From an uncultured delta proteobacterium (GTDB taxonomy: Bacteria > Myxococcota_A > Polyangia > Haliangiales > Haliangiaceae): 64,000 nt of DNA. Below, in pieces: positions 46,959 to 55,904 of this stretch. Both the position numbers and the translations under genes were made by a program. Under the pieces are notes generated by a model. That model did not search any database. It was not told the DNA's origin and saw nothing but the letters and a program-made list of their open reading frames with translations. The DNA lies in assembly GCA_963848295.1 (NCBI GenBank), contig CAWKDB010000010.1, positions 384,001 through 448,000 on the forward strand, read 5' to 3'. Numbering within the stretch: position 1 is the stretch's first letter; every line of letters starts with the position of its first letter.

Positions 46959-47462
46959 ATGTTGCAGCTGAGCGATGACGAGGACAACGGCTTTGACAGC
47001 GAGCCGACGGACGTATCACTGGCATTACCTCGCGCGCGTATCCTCGTAGTCGACGACGAGCCTGTGTCGCGCGACGCGATTGTCACGAAGCTTCGCTTAG
47101 ATGGATACGATGTATACGTGGCCCGCTCGGGCGACGAAGCACTCGTCATGCTCGCAACGATGCGGTGCGATGGTTCGCCCACCGGCGACGTCGATCTCCT
47201 CGTGCTCAACCCGCACATGCATGGACGATGCGGAGTCAACGTCCTCCGCGAGCTTCGAAGTGAGCAATCAACGATCCCTGCATTGTTTATCGCCGACGGT
47301 CCAGATCCCGGGCTGTTCACGATCGCCGCTTTGCTCGGCGCACGCGTCATGTTGAAACCGATCGATCTCGACCGGCTAGGCGACGCTGCGATCAAGTTGA
47401 TCCTGGCACGACCGCCAAGTCTTCTTTGGGCCACGCTGGAAACCCCGCGGTCGAGAACCTGA
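46959..47462 (+). CDS. Atypical response regulator receiver
   Basis: AGGAG RBS; ILVVDDE...DLLVLN (Asn at the usual phospho-Asp position)...KP. Confidence 0.75.
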   Translation: MLQLSDDEDNGFDSEPTDVSLALPRARILVVDDEPVSRDAIVTKLRLDGYDVYVARSGDEALVMLATMRCDGSPTGDVDLLVLNPHMHGRCGVNVLRELRSEQSTIPALFIADGPDPGLFTIAALLGARVMLKPIDLDRLGDAAIKLILARPPSLLWATLETPRSRT

Positions 47463-47723
47463 TCGGCTCGCTCCGTGGGCTGCATGAATCAGTCGGTCCG
47501 ATTCTCCGTTGCGGAGCGACTCAGTATTTTGACCGTCACGCCGATCCCGACGTTCGTGCCGGTGCGCAATCTAGCGGAGACCGCGGCGGGTTTCATGTGC
47601 AGATCGGGGAAGACCTCGACGTACGGAACCTGCACAAGACGTGCGGCGAACCGGCTCAGACGAGTTATCCGCTGTAAGCAGCCGAGGACAGACAGTGACA
47701 AGGCGCGGTGGTTTGCTACCGCG

Positions 47724-47894
47724 ATGAGAAGAGCGGACGGGCTCTACGATATCTCGCGGCGCAAGTTCTGTGCGGTCGCGGGGCTGACGCTGGTCGTCGG
47801 CTGTATCGACAGTGATGGCAGCGTCGTCCAGACCGGCCAGCTCGGCGACAACCTATCGCAGACCGTCGCCGCGTCGGTGAGGTTGAATTCCTGA
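47724..47894 (+). pseudogene. Short Tat-signal ORF, probable remnant
   Basis: ISRRKFCAVAGLTLVVGC followed by only ~30 residues. Confidence 0.45.
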
Positions 47895-47923
47895 TGCCGC
47901 TCCTCGCCGGAGCTGGAGGTCGT

Positions 47924-48424
47924 ATGAAGTCCGTCACAGCTGCTGTCGCGATGCTCGCCGTGATGGTGCTCGGCGAGGTCGCGCGTGCCGAGGTCAAGCA
48001 AGGCGATCACTTCACCGAGCTCGACGCGGTCACCGCCAAGGGCAAGAAGTTCCGGCTCAAAGCCATGGCCGGCAAATGGGTCTTGTACACGTTCGGCGCG
48101 AGTTGGTGCCAGCCGTGCCACAAGGAGCTGCCCGCTTACGACCGGATCTCGCCCAAGCTCGCGGGCAAGGTGCTGTTCGTGGCCGTGAACATCGACGAGA
48201 AGGTCAAGGACGGCCAAGACTTCCTCGACTCGCTGAAGCTTCACCACATGTTCCCGGTGTTCATGTCAGACGGCTCGAGCGCCGCGCTCAAGGCGTATGA
48301 CCCCGACCACATGCCGTCGACGTTCGTGATCGATCCGACCGGTATCGTCCGCTATGTGCACTACGGCTTCGAACCGGGCGACGAGGACAAGGTCGCCACT
48401 GCACTGCTCGGTCTGACGAAGTAG
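47924..48424 (+). CDS. TlpA-family thiol-disulfide oxidoreductase
   Basis: Signal peptide, ASWCQPC, MPSTFVID. Confidence 0.92.
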   Translation: MKSVTAAVAMLAVMVLGEVARAEVKQGDHFTELDAVTAKGKKFRLKAMAGKWVLYTFGASWCQPCHKELPAYDRISPKLAGKVLFVAVNIDEKVKDGQDFLDSLKLHHMFPVFMSDGSSAALKAYDPDHMPSTFVIDPTGIVRYVHYGFEPGDEDKVATALLGLTK

Positions 48425-48434
48425 GAGTCGCCTC

Positions 48435-49778
48435 ATGCGCCGCGTTACCCCCTGGCTAGTCCTCGTGTTCGTCTTGCTCGTCCCCGCGCTTGCGAGTGCG
48501 GATGACGGCAGCTTCGAGAAATACCAACAACGCGGATACTTGTGGATGTTCCTCGGCTCGTTCGGGGCCGGGTTTCTAACGTCGCTGACCCCGTGTGTCT
48601 ACCCGATGATCCCGATCACCCTTGCGATCTTCGGTGCGCGGGGAAAAGACGTGTCCAAGAAGCGCGCTCTCGGCCTCGCTACTGCCTACGTCAGCGGGAT
48701 GGCGGTCACGTATGCCGCACTCGGCGTGGCCTTCGCGCTCCTAGGCAAGGGCGCGAACTTCGGCACCCAACTCTCGAGCCCTTACGTCGTCATTCCGCTC
48801 GTACTGCTCTTCGTTGCCCTCGCGCTCTCGATGTTCGGCTTGTACGAGCTCAACCTCCCGTCGTCGATCCAGCAGAGGCTCAATCGGATCGGCGGCAAGG
48901 GTCCCGGTGGTGCATTCGCGATGGGGCTGGTCGGCGGGTTGATCGCCGCGCCATGCACTGGACCGTTTCTCGCCGGACTTCTCTTGTTTGTGTCGACGTC
49001 GGGCAGCGTTGTCACCGGCGGTTCACTGCTCTTCACCTACGCGATCGGCATGGGGGTCCTGTTCTGGGGGCTCGCCGCGTTCTCGCTCTCGCTACCAAAA
49101 AGCGGCGCATGGATGGAGCATGTCAAGTCGATCGCCGGGCTCGGCTTGCTGTTTGCCGCGCTCTACTACCTGCGACCCCTCTTCCAGCCGATGCGGACGT
49201 TCGCCTCCCCCGAGCCATGGTTCCTCGTCGCGTCGCTCGCGACCATCACGGTCGGGCTCGCGCTCGGCGCAGTTCACAAGTCCTTTCACGGGTCGGGCCG
49301 AGAGAGATGGCGTAAGGCGAGTGGGGCCGCGCTCGTGATCGTCGGAGCGTTCGCCGCGTACACATGGACGCTGACTCCGAAGCAGCACTTAGGATGGATC
49401 GTCGACGACGAAGAAGCCGCATTCGCGAAAGCTGCGGCCGAGGACAAGGGCGTGATGGTCGACTTCGGCGCTAGCTGGTGCAGACCATGCGAAGACATGG
49501 AGCTCGTTTTCGACGACGACGATGTCCGTGCGGCGATCACGGAGAGCTTCGTACCACTCAGGTTCGACGTCTCCGACGGCAACGACACCGATCTCGAGCG
49601 CAAGTCCCGTTACGGTGCGGACACGCTCCCAGCCGTCATTTTCATGTCGAAAGAACATGTCCTGCTCGCGCGCGTCTCGGAGGAGATGAAGGCGGACCAG
49701 ATGTTAGACGTTGTTCGCCCGGCAGCGGCCCGGACCAAGGGCCGGCCCCCGGTCATGCCTGCATCGAAGCAGCAATGA
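48435..49778 (+). CDS. DsbD/CcdA-family membrane protein with a C-terminal thioredoxin domain
   Basis: LTPCVYPMIP, AAPCTGP, PKSGAWM, DFGASWCRPC. Confidence 0.92.
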   Translation: MRRVTPWLVLVFVLLVPALASADDGSFEKYQQRGYLWMFLGSFGAGFLTSLTPCVYPMIPITLAIFGARGKDVSKKRALGLATAYVSGMAVTYAALGVAFALLGKGANFGTQLSSPYVVIPLVLLFVALALSMFGLYELNLPSSIQQRLNRIGGKGPGGAFAMGLVGGLIAAPCTGPFLAGLLLFVSTSGSVVTGGSLLFTYAIGMGVLFWGLAAFSLSLPKSGAWMEHVKSIAGLGLLFAALYYLRPLFQPMRTFASPEPWFLVASLATITVGLALGAVHKSFHGSGRERWRKASGAALVIVGAFAAYTWTLTPKQHLGWIVDDEEAAFAKAAAEDKGVMVDFGASWCRPCEDMELVFDDDDVRAAITESFVPLRFDVSDGNDTDLERKSRYGADTLPAVIFMSKEHVLLARVSEEMKADQMLDVVRPAAARTKGRPPVMPASKQQ

Positions 49779-49813
49779 ACCGCCCGACGAGCTCCGGCCG
49801 ATGATCGTTGTGG

Positions 49814-51955
49814 CTAGAGCCGGGTCAACGGAGCAGTCAGCCCGAGCGCGATCGCGATGTGAACGAGCATCGTGACGAGCAACACGACGGAGAACGGGAT
49901 GTGGACCTTCTTCCATGACCGCAACAGCGCCTTGCCGCGCGGCGCGAGGTCGTTGCGCCGCTCGAGGAACACCACGCGATCGATCCGCCTGGCGATCTGA
50001 CGCGCGATCGCGCGTGGGGCAACCGAGCGCAGACGCCGGCGATAACTGCCGCGTTTCCACCATCGGCGGATCTCGTCGGCCATCACCCACGCTAGGAGCC
50101 GCACCAAGCCGAAGTTCCACGTGCGCTCGCTGTGCTGGGTCTCGACGTCGAGGATCTCGTACGCGAGGTTGCCGGCGGCCGGATGGTCTTTCGCTAGCTC
50201 GGTGATCGCACGGCGACCCTGAAGAATCGCGAAGTCGTTCTTGTTCGAGATCGAGGGCACGAACGTGTAGAGGTACCGACCGATGAGGCCGGACCCGACG
50301 ACGGCTACCATGCTCCAGAACGGAATCGACACCCACGTGGTCAATCGCATCGCGGAGTGCAACACGATGAACATCGGTCCGACGATGCCGGTCATGATGT
50401 GGACGTCGAGCCAGAACTGATTCGTCGCGGTTCGCTTGAACCACCCGAACCGCCGCTGCAGGAGATACGCCATCGATAGCACCATCAGGGCCGTACCGAC
50501 GTAGCCGCAGGTCAAGGCGAGCTTCGAGCCGGCGAGAAAGCTGATGTTGAGCCGCGCGATCTCCGGCTCGATGTTCTCGTAGTGCGTCATCAGGTAATAG
50601 CTGGCCGACCAGGTCGGGTGCCACCAGCGCAACGCGATCTCGACGGTGACGACGAGAAGCGATCCGAGTCCGAGTAACCACAAGAGCAAGCTGAGCTTGC
50701 GGACACGAACGCGCGCATCACCGGAATCGTGAACGCCGAGGCCTTCGACGAACGGCGCCTCGGGCAACACGACGAGCTTGCGGCCACGCTTCGTCGGGGC
50801 GCCCGGTTCGGGCCGCTCGCGAAACAGCGTCGCCGGCGACAGCTCGATCAGGGACCCGGTCGGACATGCTGATACGCATGCTTGGTCGCCATAACCGGCG
50901 CAGTGATCGCACTTGTTCGCGATCCGTCGCGCTGGCGCCTTTCGGCCCTTGCCCGGGCCGAACGCGAGCGAGTTCTTCTTCTCGAGCCGCGCCTTGAACT
51001 GCGGGTTGAAGCTCGGCATCTCGGGTTCGGCGACGTTGACCATGTCGATCGCGCCGTACGGGCAAGACAGCGCGCACAGGCTGCAACCGATACACTTGTC
51101 CTCGATGATCTGGATCTCGCCGGTCTTCGCGTCGCGTTTGATCGCGTCGTGCTCGCACGGCGACAGGCAACGCGCGTCGGTGCAAGTGCGACACGTAAAT
51201 ACGAAATCGAGCAGCCCGAGCTCGTAACCACCTAGCGTGAGCCGGCGCGCGCCGTGACGCTCTTCGCACGCGTCTTCGCACTGCTTGCAGTCGATGCACA
51301 GGTCGAGCTGGCGGACCCGCACGATCGGACCCGCGACCGACATGCCGTTACGCGTGTAGAAATCGAGGATCTCGTGCTTGATACCGGTGATCGAGCGCAG
51401 CCGTGCATTCGTCAGCGCGACCGCTGCCGCGATCGACCGATCTGTGCCAGGAGCATGCTGCGCGAGCCAGGCAACCGCCTCGCCTCCGATCATCATCGCG
51501 ATGGCGCCGGTGATCGAGAAAGCGTGAACGCGGTCGTCGCTGGTCGCGCTCGCGATCGCTTGATAGTTGAACAGCTCGCCGGCGTGGAACAGCGCGAGGT
51601 TCTGCTTCGCCGCGCGCGCGAGCGGCCCCGGGGGCAGCAACGTACCTTCCTTCTCGCCGATCGCGGCGTCGCGTTGCGGGCGACCGCGCTCGGCGAGCGT
51701 CGCCGGATCGAACACGCCGATCGAGATCTGGCCACTGACGACAAAACACAACGCGCTGGTCAGCGCCGCGGGTGGCTCGAGGACCGTGTCGCGCGCTACC
51801 TCCAGCCGGCAGACCAAGCCGGCGGTGACGAGTTGGCCGAGCACGCGGTCCGGCACTTCCGAGAGTAGGCCGATCGCGCGCAGCGCCGCATGCGTTGCAT
51901 CCAACGGCGCGGCCGTGTCGCGCTCGCGCGCGGCGGGTTCGACCGTGACCGCCAT
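49814..51955 (-). CDS. cNMP-binding-like / 4x[4Fe-4S] / di-haem-b transmembrane fusion protein
   Basis: N-terminal cNMP-like fold (FVVSGQI, GELF); four Cys clusters of DmsB/NrfC type; TM domain with two H-x13-H pairs. Confidence 0.8.
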   Translation of the reverse strand: MAVTVEPAARERDTAAPLDATHAALRAIGLLSEVPDRVLGQLVTAGLVCRLEVARDTVLEPPAALTSALCFVVSGQISIGVFDPATLAERGRPQRDAAIGEKEGTLLPPGPLARAAKQNLALFHAGELFNYQAIASATSDDRVHAFSITGAIAMMIGGEAVAWLAQHAPGTDRSIAAAVALTNARLRSITGIKHEILDFYTRNGMSVAGPIVRVRQLDLCIDCKQCEDACEERHGARRLTLGGYELGLLDFVFTCRTCTDARCLSPCEHDAIKRDAKTGEIQIIEDKCIGCSLCALSCPYGAIDMVNVAEPEMPSFNPQFKARLEKKNSLAFGPGKGRKAPARRIANKCDHCAGYGDQACVSACPTGSLIELSPATLFRERPEPGAPTKRGRKLVVLPEAPFVEGLGVHDSGDARVRVRKLSLLLWLLGLGSLLVVTVEIALRWWHPTWSASYYLMTHYENIEPEIARLNISFLAGSKLALTCGYVGTALMVLSMAYLLQRRFGWFKRTATNQFWLDVHIMTGIVGPMFIVLHSAMRLTTWVSIPFWSMVAVVGSGLIGRYLYTFVPSISNKNDFAILQGRRAITELAKDHPAAGNLAYEILDVETQHSERTWNFGLVRLLAWVMADEIRRWWKRGSYRRRLRSVAPRAIARQIARRIDRVVFLERRNDLAPRGKALLRSWKKVHIPFSVVLLVTMLVHIAIALGLTAPLTRL

Positions 51956-51957
51956 GG

Positions 51958-53904
51958 CTAACCCGGCGAGCTTTCGTCGAGCGCGGTGACCGCAGTTCGC
52001 GTGTCGCCGGTATCGAACGGGTTCGGGCGCTTCGACTCTCCGACCGCGAGACGATCGCCGAACGCTTCGATCTCGCCGGTATCGAACGCGAACTGCTGCG
52101 CGATCGGCCGCTTCGGTGGTGGCGGTGGGACGCGCCGCGGCTTCGCCGAGGTCGGCCGCACCGGGCCCGCACCAACGAACGTGCTCTCCGGGGCGAACCG
52201 ATTGCCGCGCGTGACGCTCGTCGTCGCGGAGTCCCCGAACGGATTACCGGTGATCGCGGGAACTGCGCCGGTGGCGCGCCCCAAGCTCGCCGACGACGGC
52301 ACCGCACGGCGGGCGAGCCGGTTCACCGGAATCAATGGATCGGTCTTGGTCTTCGGCTTCGTCGCCGGCTTCGCGCTCGAGACACGCTGGAGGTCGGAGA
52401 TCTTGAACACACCCGAGAGATCGCTGACCGCATCACGCAGCTCGTCGCGAATCTGACCGACCGCGGCCCGGACCTTGCGCGGTGACGGTCGCGCGCTCGT
52501 CTGCTGGGTGCCGCGCACGAGTGCGATCGATTCGTCGGCCGTGCGCGGACACTCGCTCGCGTCCGGAACCAAGCGACGGACGACCTCGTCGGACGCGCCG
52601 AGCGTGTAGAGGTGCGGTCTCTCGACGAACCGCACGCCGATCGCTTCCAGCCATGCGACCGGAGTATCCGCGCCGATCAGCACGAAGGCATGCTGGTTCG
52701 CGATCGCCGAGGTCGAGCCGTCCTTGAGCTTGATCTCGACACCGTCGCCGGTGAACTGCTGCACGTTCGACTCGAGAAGCACGTCGAGCTTTCCGGTGCT
52801 CGTCATCTCGGCAAGTCGCTTCTGATTGCCTTGTTTGCACCGCTTGAACCCGTCGCCGCGATACGACAGCGTGACCCGCGCCCCGACATCAGACAGCGAC
52901 AGCGCCGCTTCGACCGCCGAGTCGCCGCCGCCGACGACCAACACGTCGCGATCCGCGAACTCGGCCGGATCGTCGAGCAGCGACTGCACCTTCTCGAGGT
53001 TTGCTCCAGGTACGGCGAGCAGTCGTGGCTTGCCGCGCAACCCGGTCGCTAGCACGACGCGGTGTGCGCGATACGTCGCGACCGTAGTCTTGATCGTGAA
53101 CATCCCGTCATCGCCACGCACGACGCCCTCGACCGCCTCGCCGAGCTTCATCGGCAGCCGAACGCCCTCGACGACCTGCTGCCACGCGGCGACGAGCTCC
53201 TCTTTCGAACCATCGAACACCGGCAGATACGACGCATTCACCGCGGTCGACGGCTCGGCCATGAAGTGTTTGCCCTTGGGATAGCGCGACACCGTCGAAG
53301 AGATCACGTGCTCTTTCTCGAGCACGACACAGCTCAGCCCGCGCTTGACGCAGGTCAAGCCGGCCGACAATCCACCCGGGCCCGAGCCGACGATCACGAC
53401 GTCGAGCACGTCTCCTCTCGCGCGCTGCGGGTCGAGCTGACCCGCGATATGCTCGATCACTGCGCGTCCGAGATTGGCCGCGTTCTTGACGAGCGGCTTG
53501 CCTGCGACCTCACCGATCAGGTATTGGCCCGGCACGCCGGTCTGGAAGTGCTCGTCGAGCTCGGGCACGGTCAGCATGCGCGGTGTGCTGCCCGCGCGGT
53601 ACATGACGAGTGCCATCGTCGGACACGAGTTCGCGCACTGCTCGCACTGGACGCAGTCACTGAACCGGCTGACCTTGACCACGTGGTTGACGAGGTCGAG
53701 CACTTCGGTCGGACAGACGTCGATGCACGCCTCGCAGCCGATGCACCGGTCGTCGTTGATCGAGTGGAGCAGCGGGATCGCGGCCTCGACGTTCTCGAAG
53801 CTCGCGAGCCTGCGATAGCGCGCGCGCCGGTCGTCCATGATCGCGCCGAGCCCGAGCAGCAGCACGGCGACCGAAGCGATGGCGATGGGGATGATGGGAT
53901 CCAT
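51958..53904 (-). CDS. Membrane-anchored 2x[4Fe-4S] FAD/NAD(P)H oxidoreductase (thioredoxin-reductase-like)
   Basis: N-terminal TM; CIGCEACIDVCP, CVQCEQCANSCP; GSGPGG, ATG, GGGDSA; low-complexity tail. Confidence 0.88.
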   Translation of the reverse strand: MDPIIPIAIASVAVLLLGLGAIMDDRRARYRRLASFENVEAAIPLLHSINDDRCIGCEACIDVCPTEVLDLVNHVVKVSRFSDCVQCEQCANSCPTMALVMYRAGSTPRMLTVPELDEHFQTGVPGQYLIGEVAGKPLVKNAANLGRAVIEHIAGQLDPQRARGDVLDVVIVGSGPGGLSAGLTCVKRGLSCVVLEKEHVISSTVSRYPKGKHFMAEPSTAVNASYLPVFDGSKEELVAAWQQVVEGVRLPMKLGEAVEGVVRGDDGMFTIKTTVATYRAHRVVLATGLRGKPRLLAVPGANLEKVQSLLDDPAEFADRDVLVVGGGDSAVEAALSLSDVGARVTLSYRGDGFKRCKQGNQKRLAEMTSTGKLDVLLESNVQQFTGDGVEIKLKDGSTSAIANQHAFVLIGADTPVAWLEAIGVRFVERPHLYTLGASDEVVRRLVPDASECPRTADESIALVRGTQQTSARPSPRKVRAAVGQIRDELRDAVSDLSGVFKISDLQRVSSAKPATKPKTKTDPLIPVNRLARRAVPSSASLGRATGAVPAITGNPFGDSATTSVTRGNRFAPESTFVGAGPVRPTSAKPRRVPPPPPKRPIAQQFAFDTGEIEAFGDRLAVGESKRPNPFDTGDTRTAVTALDESSPG

Positions 53905-53911
53905 GGGGCGC

Positions 53912-54427
53912 TCAGAGATGGACGCGGAAGTCAGACGTGTGGCACATGGACGTGTTGCAGTTCGCGCCGGTCTCGCTGTCGACCTGGTCGAGCATCGGCA
54001 GCACGGTCGGGCACAACGACACGAACGCATACGCGGGATACGTGACGAACCCGTCGGTCGTGTAGAAGTTGCCGCTCGCTCGGCTGATCGCGGTCGCGGC
54101 GTTACCCATCGTGTCTTCGACGTAGATCGTCGCGCCGGTCGCCACCGTCCGCCCGGTCACGTCGGTGTAGATCGTGCCCGCAAACACGAAGGGCGTCCCT
54201 GGCCCGCTCTGACTGTGGCACGCGAGACAGTCGTCCCCGGCCGAGCCGTTGTTTCCAGCCGGTCCGCTGCACGTACCGTCGCTGCCATCGGCCGGCATCG
54301 CTGGTTGATCGCACGCCGGAATCGGAACGCGTGACGCCGCATCGAGATCGGACTGGCCGCTCTTCTCGGTCAGGTCGCCGGAGCAGCCGCAGAAACCGGA
54401 CACGCAGATGATGACCAACCTGTTCAC
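53912..54427 (-). CDS. Dihaem cytochrome c lipoprotein
   Basis: Cys lipobox-like N-terminus; CLACH and CNTSMCH. Confidence 0.75.
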   Translation of the reverse strand: MNRLVIICVSGFCGCSGDLTEKSGQSDLDAASRVPIPACDQPAMPADGSDGTCSGPAGNNGSAGDDCLACHSQSGPGTPFVFAGTIYTDVTGRTVATGATIYVEDTMGNAATAISRASGNFYTTDGFVTYPAYAFVSLCPTVLPMLDQVDSETGANCNTSMCHTSDFRVHL

Positions 54428-54576
54428 TGCGCCTAGCGATTCGTGCAACCGCCGTTCCGGTCGCCCGCACCGCGAACCCATCGTCTGATCGGCCTCGGAC
54501 TGTACGTCCTCCACACAGTCGTGCGGGGGCCGCACGATCGCTGACCGCGAATGTCGAGCAATTCCCGTTCTTGGTG

Positions 54577-54592
54577 TGGTGCGCATTCTGCT
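54577..54592 (+). promoter_or_regulatory. Possible sigma-54 promoter
   Basis: TGG-N10-GC spacing: TGGTGCGCATTCTGCT upstream of the GTG at 54606. Confidence 0.45.
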
Positions 54593-54605
54593 AGGGAGCC
54601 AGACG

Positions 54606-55904
54606 GTGAAACTCCCGTGGGGGCTAGTCACGCTTGTTGGCGCGCTGTCGGTAGCCGGTATCGCGGTCGCCGACACGCGCCACACGACCGAGCCGGTCGT
54701 GCTGCGCAAGAAGGCGGGGGAGAGAGAGACCGCGGTCGCGAACCTCCCGGCGAATGCTGCGGTGACGGTGTTGTCGGAGCAAGGACGGTGGGTGCGAGTT
54801 CGCTATGGCTCGGTCGAGGGCTACATCACGCGCACGACGATCGACGAGCCGGTACCCCAGCTGACACCGACCGCGGGGTGGAGTGCGGCGCGCCACCCCG
54901 GTGACGCCGGCGAGGTCACCGATCTGTTCGTGCAGACCACCGTAGCGAGTCGGTTGTTCGCGTCGCCTTCGACGGGGTCCGCCGCCATCGCCGAGCTGCC
55001 GAGCGGGACCAAGCTCAGCATCGTCGACGCGGCGAGCACGCCGGGTTGGATCCACGCTCGCGATGACGGTGGCCACGACGGTTGGGTCGCCCGCGCCGAG
55101 GTCAACGACACGGGCAGCGGTGTTGTCGTCGACGCGAGCAGCATCCACACCTCGAACGTCGGCGCGCCGTTCGTGCGCGCACTCACGCGAATGCACGGCG
55201 AGCTCGGCGTCGGTTATCGATCGCTCGGCATGAACATGACCGCGAACCAGGTCAATGGCTTGACCAACTATCTCGCCACATCCGACGCGATGGCCGCCGT
55301 CGGCGCGGTCGAGGCGTCGTGGACGATCGCCGGGCGGATCTACGTCGGGGCCGATGCGCGGGTGGAGGTCAGTCAGTCGTCGCCCGGGCTGGACTATCCG
55401 GGCCCGACCAACATGCCCGGCAAGATCCCGTTTGACACGTTCGAGGCCGACGCCGGCGGCGAGCTCGGGATCCACGCGAACGAGCTCGTCAACGTCGCGG
55501 TCCACCTCGGCGGCCACTACGATGCGTTCCTGCCGGACGACGTCAACAACGTCGGGATGCTCCCGCGCGAGAGCTTGGTCGGTGCGACGGTCGGTCTGCG
55601 CGCCGCACTCGTGCCTCCACACAGTCGCTTCGCCGCAGCCGCGCGCTTCGATGTGCTCGCGATCGGCTCGCGCGCCCAAACGACTGGCCTGCAAGACGGA
55701 ACCGACAGCCGCGCACATGCCGTGTGGGGGGGGGCGACGCTGAGCTACCTGATCGGCCGCCACATCGCGATGTTCGCGGGCTTCGATCTCGGCTGGGCGT
55801 CGACCCACTGGAACGGCCCATCCGCGCGCGAGCCCGGTGTCACGAACGCGCATCGGGTCGACACGTCGCAGCTCGTTCAACTCGGAGTCAGCGCCGCGCT
55901 GTAG
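54606..55904 (+). CDS. Protein with two SH3b domains and a C-terminal beta-barrel
   Basis: GRWVRVRYGSVEGYI and GWIHARDDGGHDGWVA; amphipathic strands in the C-terminal half. Confidence 0.75.
   Translation: MKLPWGLVTLVGALSVAGIAVADTRHTTEPVVLRKKAGERETAVANLPANAAVTVLSEQGRWVRVRYGSVEGYITRTTIDEPVPQLTPTAGWSAARHPGDAGEVTDLFVQTTVASRLFASPSTGSAAIAELPSGTKLSIVDAASTPGWIHARDDGGHDGWVARAEVNDTGSGVVVDASSIHTSNVGAPFVRALTRMHGELGVGYRSLGMNMTANQVNGLTNYLATSDAMAAVGAVEASWTIAGRIYVGADARVEVSQSSPGLDYPGPTNMPGKIPFDTFEADAGGELGIHANELVNVAVHLGGHYDAFLPDDVNNVGMLPRESLVGATVGLRAALVPPHSRFAAAARFDVLAIGSRAQTTGLQDGTDSRAHAVWGGATLSYLIGRHIAMFAGFDLGWASTHWNGPSAREPGVTNAHRVDTSQLVQLGVSAAL

Noticed and set aside
47702..47716. Sigma-54 promoter before the Tat stub (also 44868-44882)
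   Set aside because: GG-to-GC spacing is 11, not 10
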